From NCBI GenBank assembly GCA_965205265.1, contig CBDBGH010000003.1:3264001-3328000 (forward strand): 64,000 bases of DNA, in the 5' to 3' direction. Under the pieces are notes generated by a model. The model worked only from the letters and a program-made list of their open reading frames with translations, made no database searches and was not told where the DNA came from. The DNA is from Alphaproteobacteria bacterium. Its GTDB lineage: Bacteria; Pseudomonadota; Alphaproteobacteria; Bin95. Below are positions 9,200 through 18,727 of the stretch, piece by piece. The number at the start of each line of letters is the position of its first letter. Position 1 is the first letter of the stretch. Made by a program: the position numbers and the translations under genes.

Positions 9200-11786
9200 T
9201 CAATCTCTCCCGTTGCTGTCGTTTGCGATGGTCCGGATTGCCCGGTTCCGGCGCCTGCGGTTCCGTCCCCGCCCGCGAGCCGGTCGATGGCCTCGATCGT
9301 CGTCAGCCCCTCGGCCTTGAGCCGCTCGACCGCCGCGAAGGCGGGGCCGCGCGAGGAGAACAGCGCCACCGACCACGGATCGAGCACCAGCCGCGCCACC
9401 CGCCAGCCGTCCGGGCCGTGCAGCACCAGTTCGGCGTATCTGCCGTCGGCCGTGGTCAGGCTCTTGAGCGCCCTCTCCATGCCGGGATCGCAGTGGATGC
9501 GCTTCTCCTGCTTCAGCAGTTCGACCGACTCGTCCTTCTGGGCGAGGAAGATCACCCAGTCCGAGTTCTCCCAGGCGGCCCGTGCGGCCGGATTGGCGTA
9601 GTAGTCGTTGACCGACTGGGTGCCGGTGATGAGAGCGCCGCGATACTTGCGCGCCCGTCTGGCCGCGCCTTCGAGGAACGCCTTCGAGTCCTCGCCGGAG
9701 AGCAGGTCCCAGGCCTCGTCGATGACGATCGCCTTCGCCCGCGTGCGCTCCCCGTGATACATCCTCTGGGTGGCGAGGAAGACCACCAGCATCAGCACGA
9801 CGGCCTGCACGTCGCCCCGTCCCTTGAGTTCGGCGAGTTCGAACACGGTGAGCGCGTTCTCCAGGTCGGGGACGTTGCTTCCCGCGAACAGCCTTCCCAT
9901 CGGCCCGCCCGGGCACCACGGCCCCAATGCCGTCGCCATGTCCTTGGCCCGCCGGTCGTCGCGGGCATGCAGGTTCTCGCGCACCGTGCCGAGATCGACC
10001 TCGTTGCCTCTCTCGTCCCAGGCCGCCGCGATGGCCTCGGCGATCAGCGCCGCCTCGATGTCGTCGATGGAGCCGCGCCGCCGGCACATGCGCCCGATGA
10101 CGCCGGCCAGCATGGCGAAGCACTCCTCGCGGTAGTCGCCGTCATGGGCCGCCGTGCCGGCGTCGATCATGGCGAAGGGGTTGAGGCAGGCCGGGTCCTT
10201 GCCGAAGGCGATGAACGCGCCGTCGAGGGCTTCGGCCGTGTGCTGGAACGAGCGGCCGTCGTCGATCACCACGGCCTCGCCGCCGGCGCCGATCAGGCCG
10301 GTCACCAGTTCCTGCATCAGCACCGACTTGCCGGAACCGGACTTGCCGGTGACGGCGACGTTGTAGTTGCCGGCCTCGTTGGCGAAGGGCGACCAGCCGG
10401 CCGGCTGGCCCCGGCGCCCGACGAGGAACAGGACGGGCGGCGTCTCCGCCGAGGCCGGCCCGGGGGGCGCGCTGCCCTGGCCGCGCCACTCGCCGTGGAT
10501 GGGGGCGAGATCGACCGCCGAGGAGGTCAGGAGGGTCTTCATCCGGCCCATGCGTTCGAGATCGGCGTCGAGGCCGCCCGCCGGGACCATCGGCAGGCAT
10601 GCGAGCCAGGAGGGCAGCTGCATGTAGCGTTCGGCCCCGACACGCCAGCCCTGGCCGTGGTAGATGGCGCGCACCGCCTGCTCGGCCTCGTCGATGGCGT
10701 CGAGCGGGGCGTAGACCGCCACCGTGTAGCAGGCCCGGACCAGCCGCTCGCCGTCCTTGAGGCGCTCGGTGACGAACTGCCAGTCGCGCGCCTTCTCCGG
10801 CAGGCCGGGGAGATAGCGCGCGATGCCGGTGCCGGCCTGCTGGGTGGCGCGCGCGCTCTTCAGGAACGCCCGCTCGCCGGCGGCGGCATCGCCCGTCATC
10901 ACCGTCAGGCAGGTCAGCACCGGGCAGCCGGGCTGGAGGAAGTCGCGGTGGAAGTCGCCGATCAGCGCGTTGCCGCGCCAGCCGGGCCAGACCTCGGGAA
11001 AGGCCAGCGCCACAGCACCCGGACCGCGACGTCCGGGCCGTCGGGATCATGGAACACGAGCCCGGTGGGGTGGACGGTGAGCGCGCGGCCCGGCGCGGCG
11101 CATTGCCGGTGCAGGGGATCGCACGGCGCCCAGCGCCGGTGCGGGCGGGCGAGACCGTCCATGTCCCTGTCCACCGTCGGCGCGGCCAGTTCGGCGGCGA
11201 GCGAGAGCAGCCCGTCCGGGCCGAGCCGCCGAGCCGCCGCCCCGGCCGAGGCCAGCGTGCCTTCGAGCGCCCGGCGGAAGGCCGAAAGCGCCGTCTCGGA
11301 CGCCGGGCCGGGCGGTCCCGCCAGGCAGGCGGTCACGAACACCCGGTAGTCCGACAGCGTGAAGGGCGGGCCGCCCGGATGCAGCGGACGCCAGCCCGCG
11401 CCGTCGAAGAGGCGGCGCCTGCGGCGCGCCATGCCGGCCTGCACCGGACCCGCGTGCCTGCGCGGCGCGGCCCAGCCGTCGAGCGCCGCGCCGAAGCGCG
11501 GGCTCGCCCAGTGGATCGCCTGCACCGTGCAGCGCTCCGGGGCGGCGTCGGCCAGGGTGCCGGCGAGCGCCCCCAGGGTCTCGGCGTCGATGCCGGCGAA
11601 GGGCGGGACCTCCAGCACGAAGCCGACCGAGCCGGCATTGACATGGAGTTCGCCGCGTTCGTCGAAGGCGCGCCACGGCAGCAGGTCGTGGAGCGCCGCC
11701 GGGGTCTCGGGGAGAGACCACGGCTCCAGCCCCGCCGGGCCCTCGAACAGGTCGGCGAGCCGGGCCAGCATCCCGGACCGGCTCAC
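9190..11786 (-). pseudogene. traC: TraC (VirB4-like) ATPase, frameshifted near 11012 (possibly a sequencing error)
   Basis: N-terminal frame (LHDLLPWRAFD...GFVLE) switches to a C-terminal frame with Walker A GKSGSGKS and IVIDEAW; one base missing at ...GTG CTG TG GCG CTG.... Confidence 0.9.
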
Positions 11787-12364
11787 GGCAGCCTCCAGCG
11801 CGCCGGCGCGATCACGACCCGCACCCAGGACGCCTCGCGCCAGACGCCGTCGGCATCGACGAAGGGCGCGATCCACACCCGGGCGATCGTCTCCGGCCTG
11901 CGCAGGCTGTCTGCGATCTCGTCGGCGGCCGGAGCGGAAGCCTTCTCTTGCGTTGCCGCCGGGCTGCCGGTGGCCGTGGCGGCGGCTTCCTTCTCCGGAC
12001 CGTCCTCGCCGGCGAACAGGTTCGCGATCCAGGCGAACGGATCGCAGCCCCGGATGCACGCGTCCCCGGTCCCGCCGTCCGGCGCCGTCATGGGCGGCGC
12101 CGGCGGGGCCGGCATCGCGGGTCCGCCGGTCCGCGTCACTGCCGGATCGGCCGCGGCGACGCTGGCGCACTGTGTCCCTTGCGCGAGCGGGCACTGCCAG
12201 TCCTCGCCCACATGGGTGGCGGCGCAGCCTGCGAGCGCCAGCGCCGCGAGAGCCGCCGTGAGCGGTGCCGTCAGCGGTGCCGTCAGCGGCGCCGCCGGCA
12301 TTGCCTGCGGAGCCGCCCGCAGGGTCGGCCGCCGGCCGCGCATCGTGGTCGTGCGTTCAGTCAT
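11783..12364 (-). CDS. traV: Outer-membrane lipoprotein TraV
   Basis: Lipobox LAGC, W.CP..G..C.SV, RRPETIARVWIAPFVDADG. Confidence 0.9.
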   Translation of the reverse strand: MTERTTTMRGRRPTLRAAPQAMPAAPLTAPLTAPLTAALAALALAGCAATHVGEDWQCPLAQGTQCASVAAADPAVTRTGGPAMPAPPAPPMTAPDGGTGDACIRGCDPFAWIANLFAGEDGPEKEAAATATGSPAATQEKASAPAADEIADSLRRPETIARVWIAPFVDADGVWREASWVRVVIAPARWRLP

Positions 12365-13622
12365 TCTCGTTCCTCCTGCGTGGGGGTTCGGTGTCGGGCC
12401 GGCCGTCGAGCCGCGTGCCCTCGAGAAACACCACGGTGACCGCCGTCCCCGCCTGGAGCTGGATCACCGGCTGGTACTGCTCGGCGCGGCGGATCATGTA
12501 GTCGGCGACCTTGCCGCCCGCCGAGGCCGCGCCGGAGCCCAGCCCCGCGCGGCCGATGTCGCCGAGCCCGGTATTGGCGACCGCCGCACCGCCGCCGGTG
12601 GCAACCGCCTGGGGCGCGAACGCCCCCGAGACCCCCTCGCCGAGACCGGAGACGAGGCCGGCGAGGAACGCCTTCTCCACCAGCGCACCCTCGCGGCTCA
12701 CCACCGGACCGCGCACCCCGACCTTGCCGGAGCCGGCGACGAAGCCCGCCACCGGGGTCTCCACCACCGTGCCGGGCTCCCCGCCGGCGCAGGTCAGCGT
12801 CCTCAAGCGCGCATAGACCTTCTCGGAAGAGAGGTCGCCATGGGCCGCGGCCGTCACGGTGCAGCCGTCGAGGTCGACCGGCAGCGCCGCGCCGCCGCCG
12901 TCGGCCGCCGTCCATCCCGGACCGGTGATCCTCAGCAGCACCGGGCGCGGGTCGCCCTGGCTCGCGACCCCGGCCGAGGCGTCGACGCCGGCGATCACCA
13001 CCGCCTGCGCATGGGCGCCCGCCGGCAGCCACAGCGACAGCGGCTTCGCCGCCTCGGTCCCGGGATCGCCGAACACCGGTGCCTCCAGGTCGAAGCGCCG
13101 GATCAGCGGCGCCTCGGGCGGCGGCGCGGCGGCGTCTCCACCGGACGGAACCGCGCCCGGGTTGGCGGGCGCGAACACGCTGCCCGGAGCCGGGACCTCC
13201 GGCGGCGGATCGTCCGCGCCCCGGGCGCGCTCCGCCTCCCCGAGCGCCGCGGTCAGGGTGTCGATGACGCCCTTCGCCTCGTCGGCCTGGCTCCGCAGGC
13301 GGTCCTGGAGGCGGCGGTTGTCGTCGGCCAGGCGCCGGTTCTCGTCCTGCATCGCCTCGAGGTCCGCCTCGATCCGCCCGATCCGCGTCTCCGAGCGCCG
13401 CGTCCAGCTCTCCTCCGCCGTGCCGGGCCCGGCGAGTTCCGCCGCGATCCGCGGCGCCGGCGCGGGCGCCGTGCCGCCGGAGCCGGCAATCCAGGCGGCG
13501 ACGCCCAGCAGCGCCGCCGCCGCCAGAGCCGAGAACAGCAGGACCTGGCGCTGGCGCACCTGCCGCGCGCCGCCGTCCGGCGCGGCGTTCAGGGACGCCG
13601 CGGTCCTGCCCGGCGCGCTCAT
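12357..13622 (-). CDS. traB: TraB (VirB10-like) pilus assembly protein
   Basis: TM plus coiled coil, LPAG....AVVIAGVDA, GDLSSEKVYARL..LTC, GVRGPVVSREG, AEQYQPVI. Confidence 0.93.
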   Translation of the reverse strand: MSAPGRTAASLNAAPDGGARQVRQRQVLLFSALAAAALLGVAAWIAGSGGTAPAPAPRIAAELAGPGTAEESWTRRSETRIGRIEADLEAMQDENRRLADDNRRLQDRLRSQADEAKGVIDTLTAALGEAERARGADDPPPEVPAPGSVFAPANPGAVPSGGDAAAPPPEAPLIRRFDLEAPVFGDPGTEAAKPLSLWLPAGAHAQAVVIAGVDASAGVASQGDPRPVLLRITGPGWTAADGGGAALPVDLDGCTVTAAAHGDLSSEKVYARLRTLTCAGGEPGTVVETPVAGFVAGSGKVGVRGPVVSREGALVEKAFLAGLVSGLGEGVSGAFAPQAVATGGGAAVANTGLGDIGRAGLGSGAASAGGKVADYMIRRAEQYQPVIQLQAGTAVTVVFLEGTRLDGRPDTEPPRRRNEND

Positions 13623-14347
13623 CGCGACCGTCCTTCGCGCACGGCCACGGCGAGCCGGCCGTGCCCGGATCCGGCCTCCGGCGCCGCAAGCCACACCGCC
13701 GCGATGCCGGGACCGAGGCGCGCGGCCAGCGCCGCCGGGCCGGACGGCGCATCGGGTCCGGGATCCAGCACCAGCGCCGTGAACCGCGGCCCGCGCCAGG
13801 TCTCGATGACCTGCGGCGCTTCATCCGCCGCGGCACCCGCGCCTTCGATCGCGTAGCCGGCGAGCGGCTCCCGGTTCGCCACCGCCTGGATCAGTTCGGC
13901 GATGGCGGCGATGCGGGGCGCGCTCTCCCGGACGGCCGCCGCCGGCGCCGCCGCGATGGCGGCGTTGCGGATCAGGATCTGCGCCGGGCCGCCCTCCGCC
14001 GGCGTCAGCGTCAGCCGGTAGGTGAAGCCTCTCTCGGTGCCGACGAAAAGCGCCACCGGCGAGCCCGGACCGGGAGCGCCCGCGCCGTCGGCCGGCGGCC
14101 GCAGCCACAGGTCGCCCGATCCCGGATCGTGCTCGACCCGGTAGCCGCCCGGCGCCCGGATCACCCGCGCCACCCGGTCGCCCAGCAGCGCGATCCGGCT
14201 CACCCCGGCGGCCGCGACCTCGGCCGCAAGTTCGGCATGGTCGGCGGCATCCAGGATCTGCGTCGCCGACGCCGCCCCCGCCTGCCACAGCAGGAGCGCC
14301 GCGGCCAGCATGCCCGCGCAGCCTGCCTTTGGTCGTGTCGTTCTCAC
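13619..14347 (-). CDS. traK: TraK (F-type secretin-like/VirB9-like) protein
   Basis: Signal peptide, VSRIALLGDRV, ALFVGTERGFTYRLTLTP; GTG start overlapping traE stop. Confidence 0.85.
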   Translation of the reverse strand: MRTTRPKAGCAGMLAAALLLWQAGAASATQILDAADHAELAAEVAAAGVSRIALLGDRVARVIRAPGGYRVEHDPGSGDLWLRPPADGAGAPGPGSPVALFVGTERGFTYRLTLTPAEGGPAQILIRNAAIAAAPAAAVRESAPRIAAIAELIQAVANREPLAGYAIEGAGAAADEAPQVIETWRGPRFTALVLDPGPDAPSGPAALAARLGPGIAAVWLAAPEAGSGHGRLAVAVREGRSR

Positions 14348-14901
14348 CGTTCGTCCTCCATCTCCTCGAATCTCAGCAGTCCCAGGCGGCCGCCCTCGAC
14401 GCGGAAGGCGAGCCGGTAGGCCTTGCGTTCGCGCGAGACTTCCTCGCGCCCGATCCAGGCCGCGAGACGGCCCCGCACCTCGACGGTGAGCGTCTCCGGA
14501 TCGGCGGCGATGCTCTCCGGATAGAAGGCCGTGGCGAGGTCGCGCCGCGCCATGCGCTCGGCCTCCGCCGCCACCCAGGCGCCGATCGCGCCCCGCGCCT
14601 CCGGCGCGCTCATCCGCGCCGCCGCCTCGCGCACATGGCCGGCGTTCTCCGGCGTCAATGTCAGCAGGGTCACCGCGGCGGTGCGCGCCGCGTCCTCCAG
14701 ATAGCGCCGGCCCGCCCATGTGCTGCCGACCTCCCACACCGGGCCGGAGACCGCCGGCACCAGCACCGTGGTCGCGTCCCGCCCGGCCATGCCGACCGAG
14801 AGCGCCAGGTTGGCCACCAGCGAGAGGGCGAGCAGGCCCGCAAGGGCAAACCGCGAATCCCGCGCCCTGCGCGCCTCCGCGTCCCTGACATCCCGGCGCA
14901 T
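14344..14901 (-). CDS. traE: Conjugal transfer protein TraE
   Basis: TM then TVLVP, YL......LLTLTPEN, FYP, G.L..WIG, L.L..F.E. Confidence 0.88.
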   Translation of the reverse strand: MRRDVRDAEARRARDSRFALAGLLALSLVANLALSVGMAGRDATTVLVPAVSGPVWEVGSTWAGRRYLEDAARTAAVTLLTLTPENAGHVREAAARMSAPEARGAIGAWVAAEAERMARRDLATAFYPESIAADPETLTVEVRGRLAAWIGREEVSRERKAYRLAFRVEGGRLGLLRFEEMEDER

Positions 14902-14904
14902 CGC

Positions 14905-15198
14905 TCAGCCCACCCGGCGCCGGACATGGCTCGGCGGCGCCGCCTTCAGGCGCAGCGCGAAGTCCGGCAGGAACCAGTAGAAGGCGCCCTGCACGACATT
15001 GGCCCCGCCGCCCCGCTTGACGCGGCGCAGCAGCCACCAGCCGGCGGCCCCGGCAACAAGGCCGGTCACGAAGGCGTTGGCGGCAAGGCCGAGCAGGGCC
15101 GGGCCGATCAGCGCCGCCGCCTCGTCCACGGTCCAGAACAGCCAGCGTTCCGGATCGTCGAGCCGGCGCGGGATCGCATGGCGCGCGGCGCCATTCAT
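14905..15198 (-). CDS. traL: Conjugal transfer protein TraL
   Basis: IPRRLDDPERWLFWTVDE, YWFLP, PPSHVRR. Confidence 0.92.
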   Translation of the reverse strand: MNGAARHAIPRRLDDPERWLFWTVDEAAALIGPALLGLAANAFVTGLVAGAAGWWLLRRVKRGGGANVVQGAFYWFLPDFALRLKAAPPSHVRRRVG

Positions 15199-15208
15199 CG
15201 CCCCGCCC

Positions 15209-15544
15209 TCACACGATCGCCGTGCCGACCAGGCCGGTGACGATGCCGGTGCCGGCCCCCGCGGCGATGCCGACGCCCACCGCGCCCATCAGCTGCATGG
15301 CGTTGAAGCGCAGCACCGAACCCACCAGCGCGGCCCCCACCGCCAGCGCCGCCGCCAGCTGGCCGCCGGTGCCCTCGACGATGTTCTCCACCGTCCCCAG
15401 CGGGCCCGCAAAGGTGCTGTCCGAGGCCGCCAGCGCCCCGTCCGCGCCCGCCAGCACGGCCGCTGCCGCCGCGAACGCCGTCAGCGTCCCGGCAGCGGCG
15501 GCAGGCGCCGCATCTCCGTTCGGCCGGGCCAGCCCCGCCGTCAC
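15209..15544 (-). CDS. traA: Conjugative pilin TraA
   Basis: Short hydrophobic ORF with leader and two TM segments directly upstream of traL; GTG start. Confidence 0.75.
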   Translation of the reverse strand: MTAGLARPNGDAAPAAAAGTLTAFAAAAAVLAGADGALAASDSTFAGPLGTVENIVEGTGGQLAAALAVGAALVGSVLRFNAMQLMGAVGVGIAAGAGTGIVTGLVGTAIV

Positions 15545-16242
15545 CGCCGCCTCCGGCCGCGCGGGCGGTCTTCCCGGTCGCCGTCGTCCGAGGTCGAGGT
15601 CCGGCGCCGTTCGGCGGCCCAGGCCACCAGATCGGCGCGCGCATAGCGGATGCGCGTCCCGAACCTGTGGAACGCCGGCCCCTGGCCGGTCACCCGGTAG
15701 CGGTCCAGCGTGCGGGGCGAGAGCCCCAGAAGGGCCGCGGCCTCCCGCGTCCCCATGTATTCCGGCAGTCCATCGTTCACCGCAGCGTCTCCTTCCCTGT
15801 CGTCTTCGGTTGTTCCGTCCGCCCCGCCGGCTCCGCCGTCCGCCAGGGCGGCGCGCATCGCCGCGCGCTCGGCCTGTGTGCAGCGGGCCGCCATCCAGCC
15901 CAGCACCCGGTCCGCGGTATCGAGCCGCGGCGACGAACCCCGGCGCAGCCGCGCAACGAAGGACGGGTCCCCCACCGCCTCGTGCCCCAGCACGTAGGGC
16001 TTGGTGCGCGTCGCCGCGACGAAGCCGTCGACCTCGGCCCGGAAGGCCGGTCCGACCGGCGCCGCACCGATGAAGGCGAGCACCCGGTCCGCGGTGTCGA
16101 GCCGCGGCATGCGCCCGCGCATCAGCCGGGAGACGAAGGACGGATCGCCCAGCGCCTCGATGCCGAGCCTTGCGGGCGCCGCGCCGGTGCGGTCGAGATA
16201 GGACCGCACGGCGTCGCGGAAACGGGTGGAAAGGGCGTTCAT
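15541..16242 (-). CDS. Tandem Cro-like HTH domains fused to an excisionase/AlpA-like HTH (HTH_17)
   Basis: Two repeats GDPSFV.RL.RG..PRLDTADRVL, then YMGTREAAALLGLSPRTLDRYRVTGQGPAFHRFGTRIRYARADL. Confidence 0.8.
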   Translation of the reverse strand: MNALSTRFRDAVRSYLDRTGAAPARLGIEALGDPSFVSRLMRGRMPRLDTADRVLAFIGAAPVGPAFRAEVDGFVAATRTKPYVLGHEAVGDPSFVARLRRGSSPRLDTADRVLGWMAARCTQAERAAMRAALADGGAGGADGTTEDDREGDAAVNDGLPEYMGTREAAALLGLSPRTLDRYRVTGQGPAFHRFGTRIRYARADLVAWAAERRRTSTSDDGDREDRPRGRRRR

Positions 16243-16264
16243 GGCGAGGGAAGATAGGCGGGCG

Positions 16265-16302
16265 GATTGTCGTTGACAATCGTATCGTTTAGTGAATACG
16301 CT
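16265..16302 (+). promoter_or_regulatory. Putative operator palindrome overlapping a sigma70 promoter in the cI/cro intergenic region
   Basis: GATTGTC-GTT-GACAATC (16265-16281) contains TTGACA (16273-16278); TACGCT lies 18 bp downstream. Confidence 0.6.
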
Positions 16303-16346
16303 ATGCCATCGCCTGACAGGCGGCGACAGACCAGCGAGGCAGCCCC

Positions 16347-17060
16347 ATGGAACGCGACCCGGTACGACAGACAATCCGCGATCTCCTCTGGAAGCGCGGC
16401 ATGACCATGCGCGAGGCGTCGCTCGCCATCGGCCGCAACGTCTCCTACCTGCACGGTTTCCTCGAACGCGGGAGCCCCAGGGTGCTCTCCCACCGCGACG
16501 CCGAGACCCTCGCCGGCCTGCTCGGCTGCAAGGCGGACGCCCTGCACCACGCCGAACGCCCGGCCCGGCGCAAGGCAGCGGGGCCGAAGAAGCGGCGGCA
16601 GGAGACGGGGCAGGGGCCGGAACGGGGGCCGGTCCCGCTCGCCGCCATCCCCGAGGTCGATGTCGAGGCCTCGGCCGGACCCGGCGCGCTCGCCGGCGAG
16701 TACGTCGCCGAGCGTGCCCGCTGGTTCCTCCCCGATGGCATGATCCGCCACGAGGGCGGCGCCAGCCCCGGTGCCATCCGCGCGCTCCGCGTGCGCGGCG
16801 ACTCCATGGAACCCGAACTCTCGGAAGGCGACCGCCTGCTCGTCGACACCGCCCGCCGCGTCCCCGAAACCGGCGAGATGTTCGTCCTCTGGGACGGCGC
16901 CGGGCTCGTCGTCAAGCGCGTCGAGCGCCTGCCCGCCGGCGATGACGCCCCGCCCCGCCTGCGGCTGAAGTCGGCCAACCCCGGCTACGACGACTACACA
17001 TGCCTCGCCGACGAGGTCCACATCGTCGGAAAGGTCCTCTGGACCCTCAGACGGGTGTGA
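16347..17060 (+). CDS. CI/LexA-like repressor (HTH + S24 autopeptidase)
   Basis: N-terminal HTH (SLAIGRNVSYL), Ala-Gly site ASAGPG, VRGDSMEP Ser, VVKRV Lys. Confidence 0.92.
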   Translation: MERDPVRQTIRDLLWKRGMTMREASLAIGRNVSYLHGFLERGSPRVLSHRDAETLAGLLGCKADALHHAERPARRKAAGPKKRRQETGQGPERGPVPLAAIPEVDVEASAGPGALAGEYVAERARWFLPDGMIRHEGGASPGAIRALRVRGDSMEPELSEGDRLLVDTARRVPETGEMFVLWDGAGLVVKRVERLPAGDDAPPRLRLKSANPGYDDYTCLADEVHIVGKVLWTLRRV

Positions 17061-17124
17061 ACGCGGGCGGGTGCGCCATCCTTCCCGCCTTGCCGTTCAG
17101 CCGGCAGGCCGCGCACCCTCGGTG

Positions 17125-17260
17125 ATGCTGCCGAGGCTGAAGGCCATCGCGCGGCCGGGGCGTTGCCTGGACAACAAGGCCGAGTACCGCTTCAGGCTCC
17201 GGGCGGTGAACAGCGCCGCCAGTGGCACGGCCACCGACCGGGAAGCCTCAGCGCCAGGGC
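17125..17260 (+). pseudogene. Fibronectin type III domain remnant
   Basis: LDNKAEYRFRLRAVNSAASG matches the Fn3 C-terminal L.N...Y.F.VRAVN..G.G motif, with no full domain around it. Confidence 0.55.
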
Positions 17261-17484
17261 CGACGGCGATTTTCACCCCACATCCGTCGCCGTGGCGTCC
17301 CGGCATCGGGTTTCGCGTGCGGCGGTATCGCGCCCGCCGATCGTGCGCACGATATGGAGTTGTCGCCATCGGGCCCCGGGCCTTTGCCTGAAGCAGGACA
17401 GCGCAGGCGGCGCCGATGTCCGGGGCTATCGCGAAGCGGCGGCGGTCGCCGCGGAGATGCGCGCCGCGCCGGCGCGGCCGGCGG

Positions 17485-18690
17485 TCATGGCGCGGGACAC
17501 GGAGGATCGGTCTCGCCCGCCAGGTCGGCGCGGAGGCTCTCGGCGACGCGCGCCGCCGACGCCTTCACCGAATCGCGCGCGAGATGAGCGTAGCGCGCCG
17601 TGGTCTGCACCTTCCGATGGCCGAGCATCCGGCCGATCATCGGCAGGCTCTCGCCAAGCGCCAGGGCGCGCGAGGCAAAGCTGTGCCTGAGGTCATGGAT
17701 GCGGACGTCCTTCAGGTCCGCGCGGACCCGCACCGCGAGCCAGGCGTTGTTGAGGTTGCTGAGCCGCGCGCCCGGCCTCGCTCCGGAAATCACCCAGGGA
17801 TTGTCCGGCAGGCGCGGCATCCCGGCAAGCACGCGCCGCGCCGCCGGCGAGAGCGCGACCGAACGCGCGCCGGTCTTCGCGTCGCGCAACCTGATCTCGC
17901 CCGCCTCGAGGTCCACATCGGCCCAGCGCAGCGTCAGGACCTCGTTGCGCCGGCACCCGGTGAGCATCAGCAGGCGGAACGCCGCCACCGCGCTCGGATG
18001 CACCCTGCCCTCGGCCTCGACCGCGTCGAGCGTGCGCCCGAGGCGCCGGAACTCCTCATCGGAGAGGAAGCGCTCGCGGCTCTTCTCCCGATACTTGCGC
18101 ACGAACCGGCACGGATTGCCGCCCTCCGGCGCGATCCCCCACAGCTCGGCCATGCGGAAGAGGCGCGAGAGCATGTCCAGGACCCTGTTCGCCATCGCCG
18201 GCGTCTCGTGCAGGCTGTAGTGCAGCGCCGCGACGCGTTCGCGGCCGATCTCCCCGAGGCGCACCGGGCCGAGCGCGGGCAGCAGGTGCCTGTCCAGGAC
18301 ATGCCGGCACTGGCGCACCGTGGTCGGCTTGCAGCGCACCTTGACGTGCTCCGTCATGCAGCGCTCCGCCACCTCCGCGACCGTGGGGCCGGCGTCCGCC
18401 GGGGCCGCGCCGCCGTCGGGCGCCGGCTCCCTGCCGGCCTTGAGGTCGGCGATGATGCGCGCCGCCTTCGTCCGCGCCTGGTCCGCCGTCATCAGCCCGT
18501 GACGCCCGACGGTCAGCCGGCGCGACCTGCCGCCCGCCCGCGTCTGCACGAGGTAGACCTTCGAACCGCTCGGATACACGCGGACCCCGAAGCCCTGAAG
18601 CTTCGAATCCCAGTGGACCGTCTCCCGCTCGCCCACCGGCAGCGCCTCCACGGTCCGGCGCGAGATCCGCTGTGCGTTCAGCTTCGTCAT
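17485..18690 (-). CDS. Tyrosine integrase with arm-binding N-terminal domain (Int1)
   Basis: WDSKLQGFGVRVYPSG; catalytic GCRRNE, HDLRHSFAS, LGH, RY. Confidence 0.95.
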   Translation of the reverse strand: MTKLNAQRISRRTVEALPVGERETVHWDSKLQGFGVRVYPSGSKVYLVQTRAGGRSRRLTVGRHGLMTADQARTKAARIIADLKAGREPAPDGGAAPADAGPTVAEVAERCMTEHVKVRCKPTTVRQCRHVLDRHLLPALGPVRLGEIGRERVAALHYSLHETPAMANRVLDMLSRLFRMAELWGIAPEGGNPCRFVRKYREKSRERFLSDEEFRRLGRTLDAVEAEGRVHPSAVAAFRLLMLTGCRRNEVLTLRWADVDLEAGEIRLRDAKTGARSVALSPAARRVLAGMPRLPDNPWVISGARPGARLSNLNNAWLAVRVRADLKDVRIHDLRHSFASRALALGESLPMIGRMLGHRKVQTTARYAHLARDSVKASAARVAESLRADLAGETDPPCPAP

Positions 18691-18727
18691 CGTCCGCTCC
18701 CGGCTGTCCCCGTGTCCGTCGCGCCCG

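Noticed and set aside
12255-12295. 12-bp tandem repeat (APLT x3) in the traV signal region
   Set aside because: In-frame slippage in a low-constraint leader; no sign of phase variation.
2822-13856. Very long plus-strand ORFs (1074, 1039, 935 aa) and other antisense ORFs across the window
   Set aside because: Shadow frames of high-GC genes; Arg/Pro/Ala-rich with no motifs.
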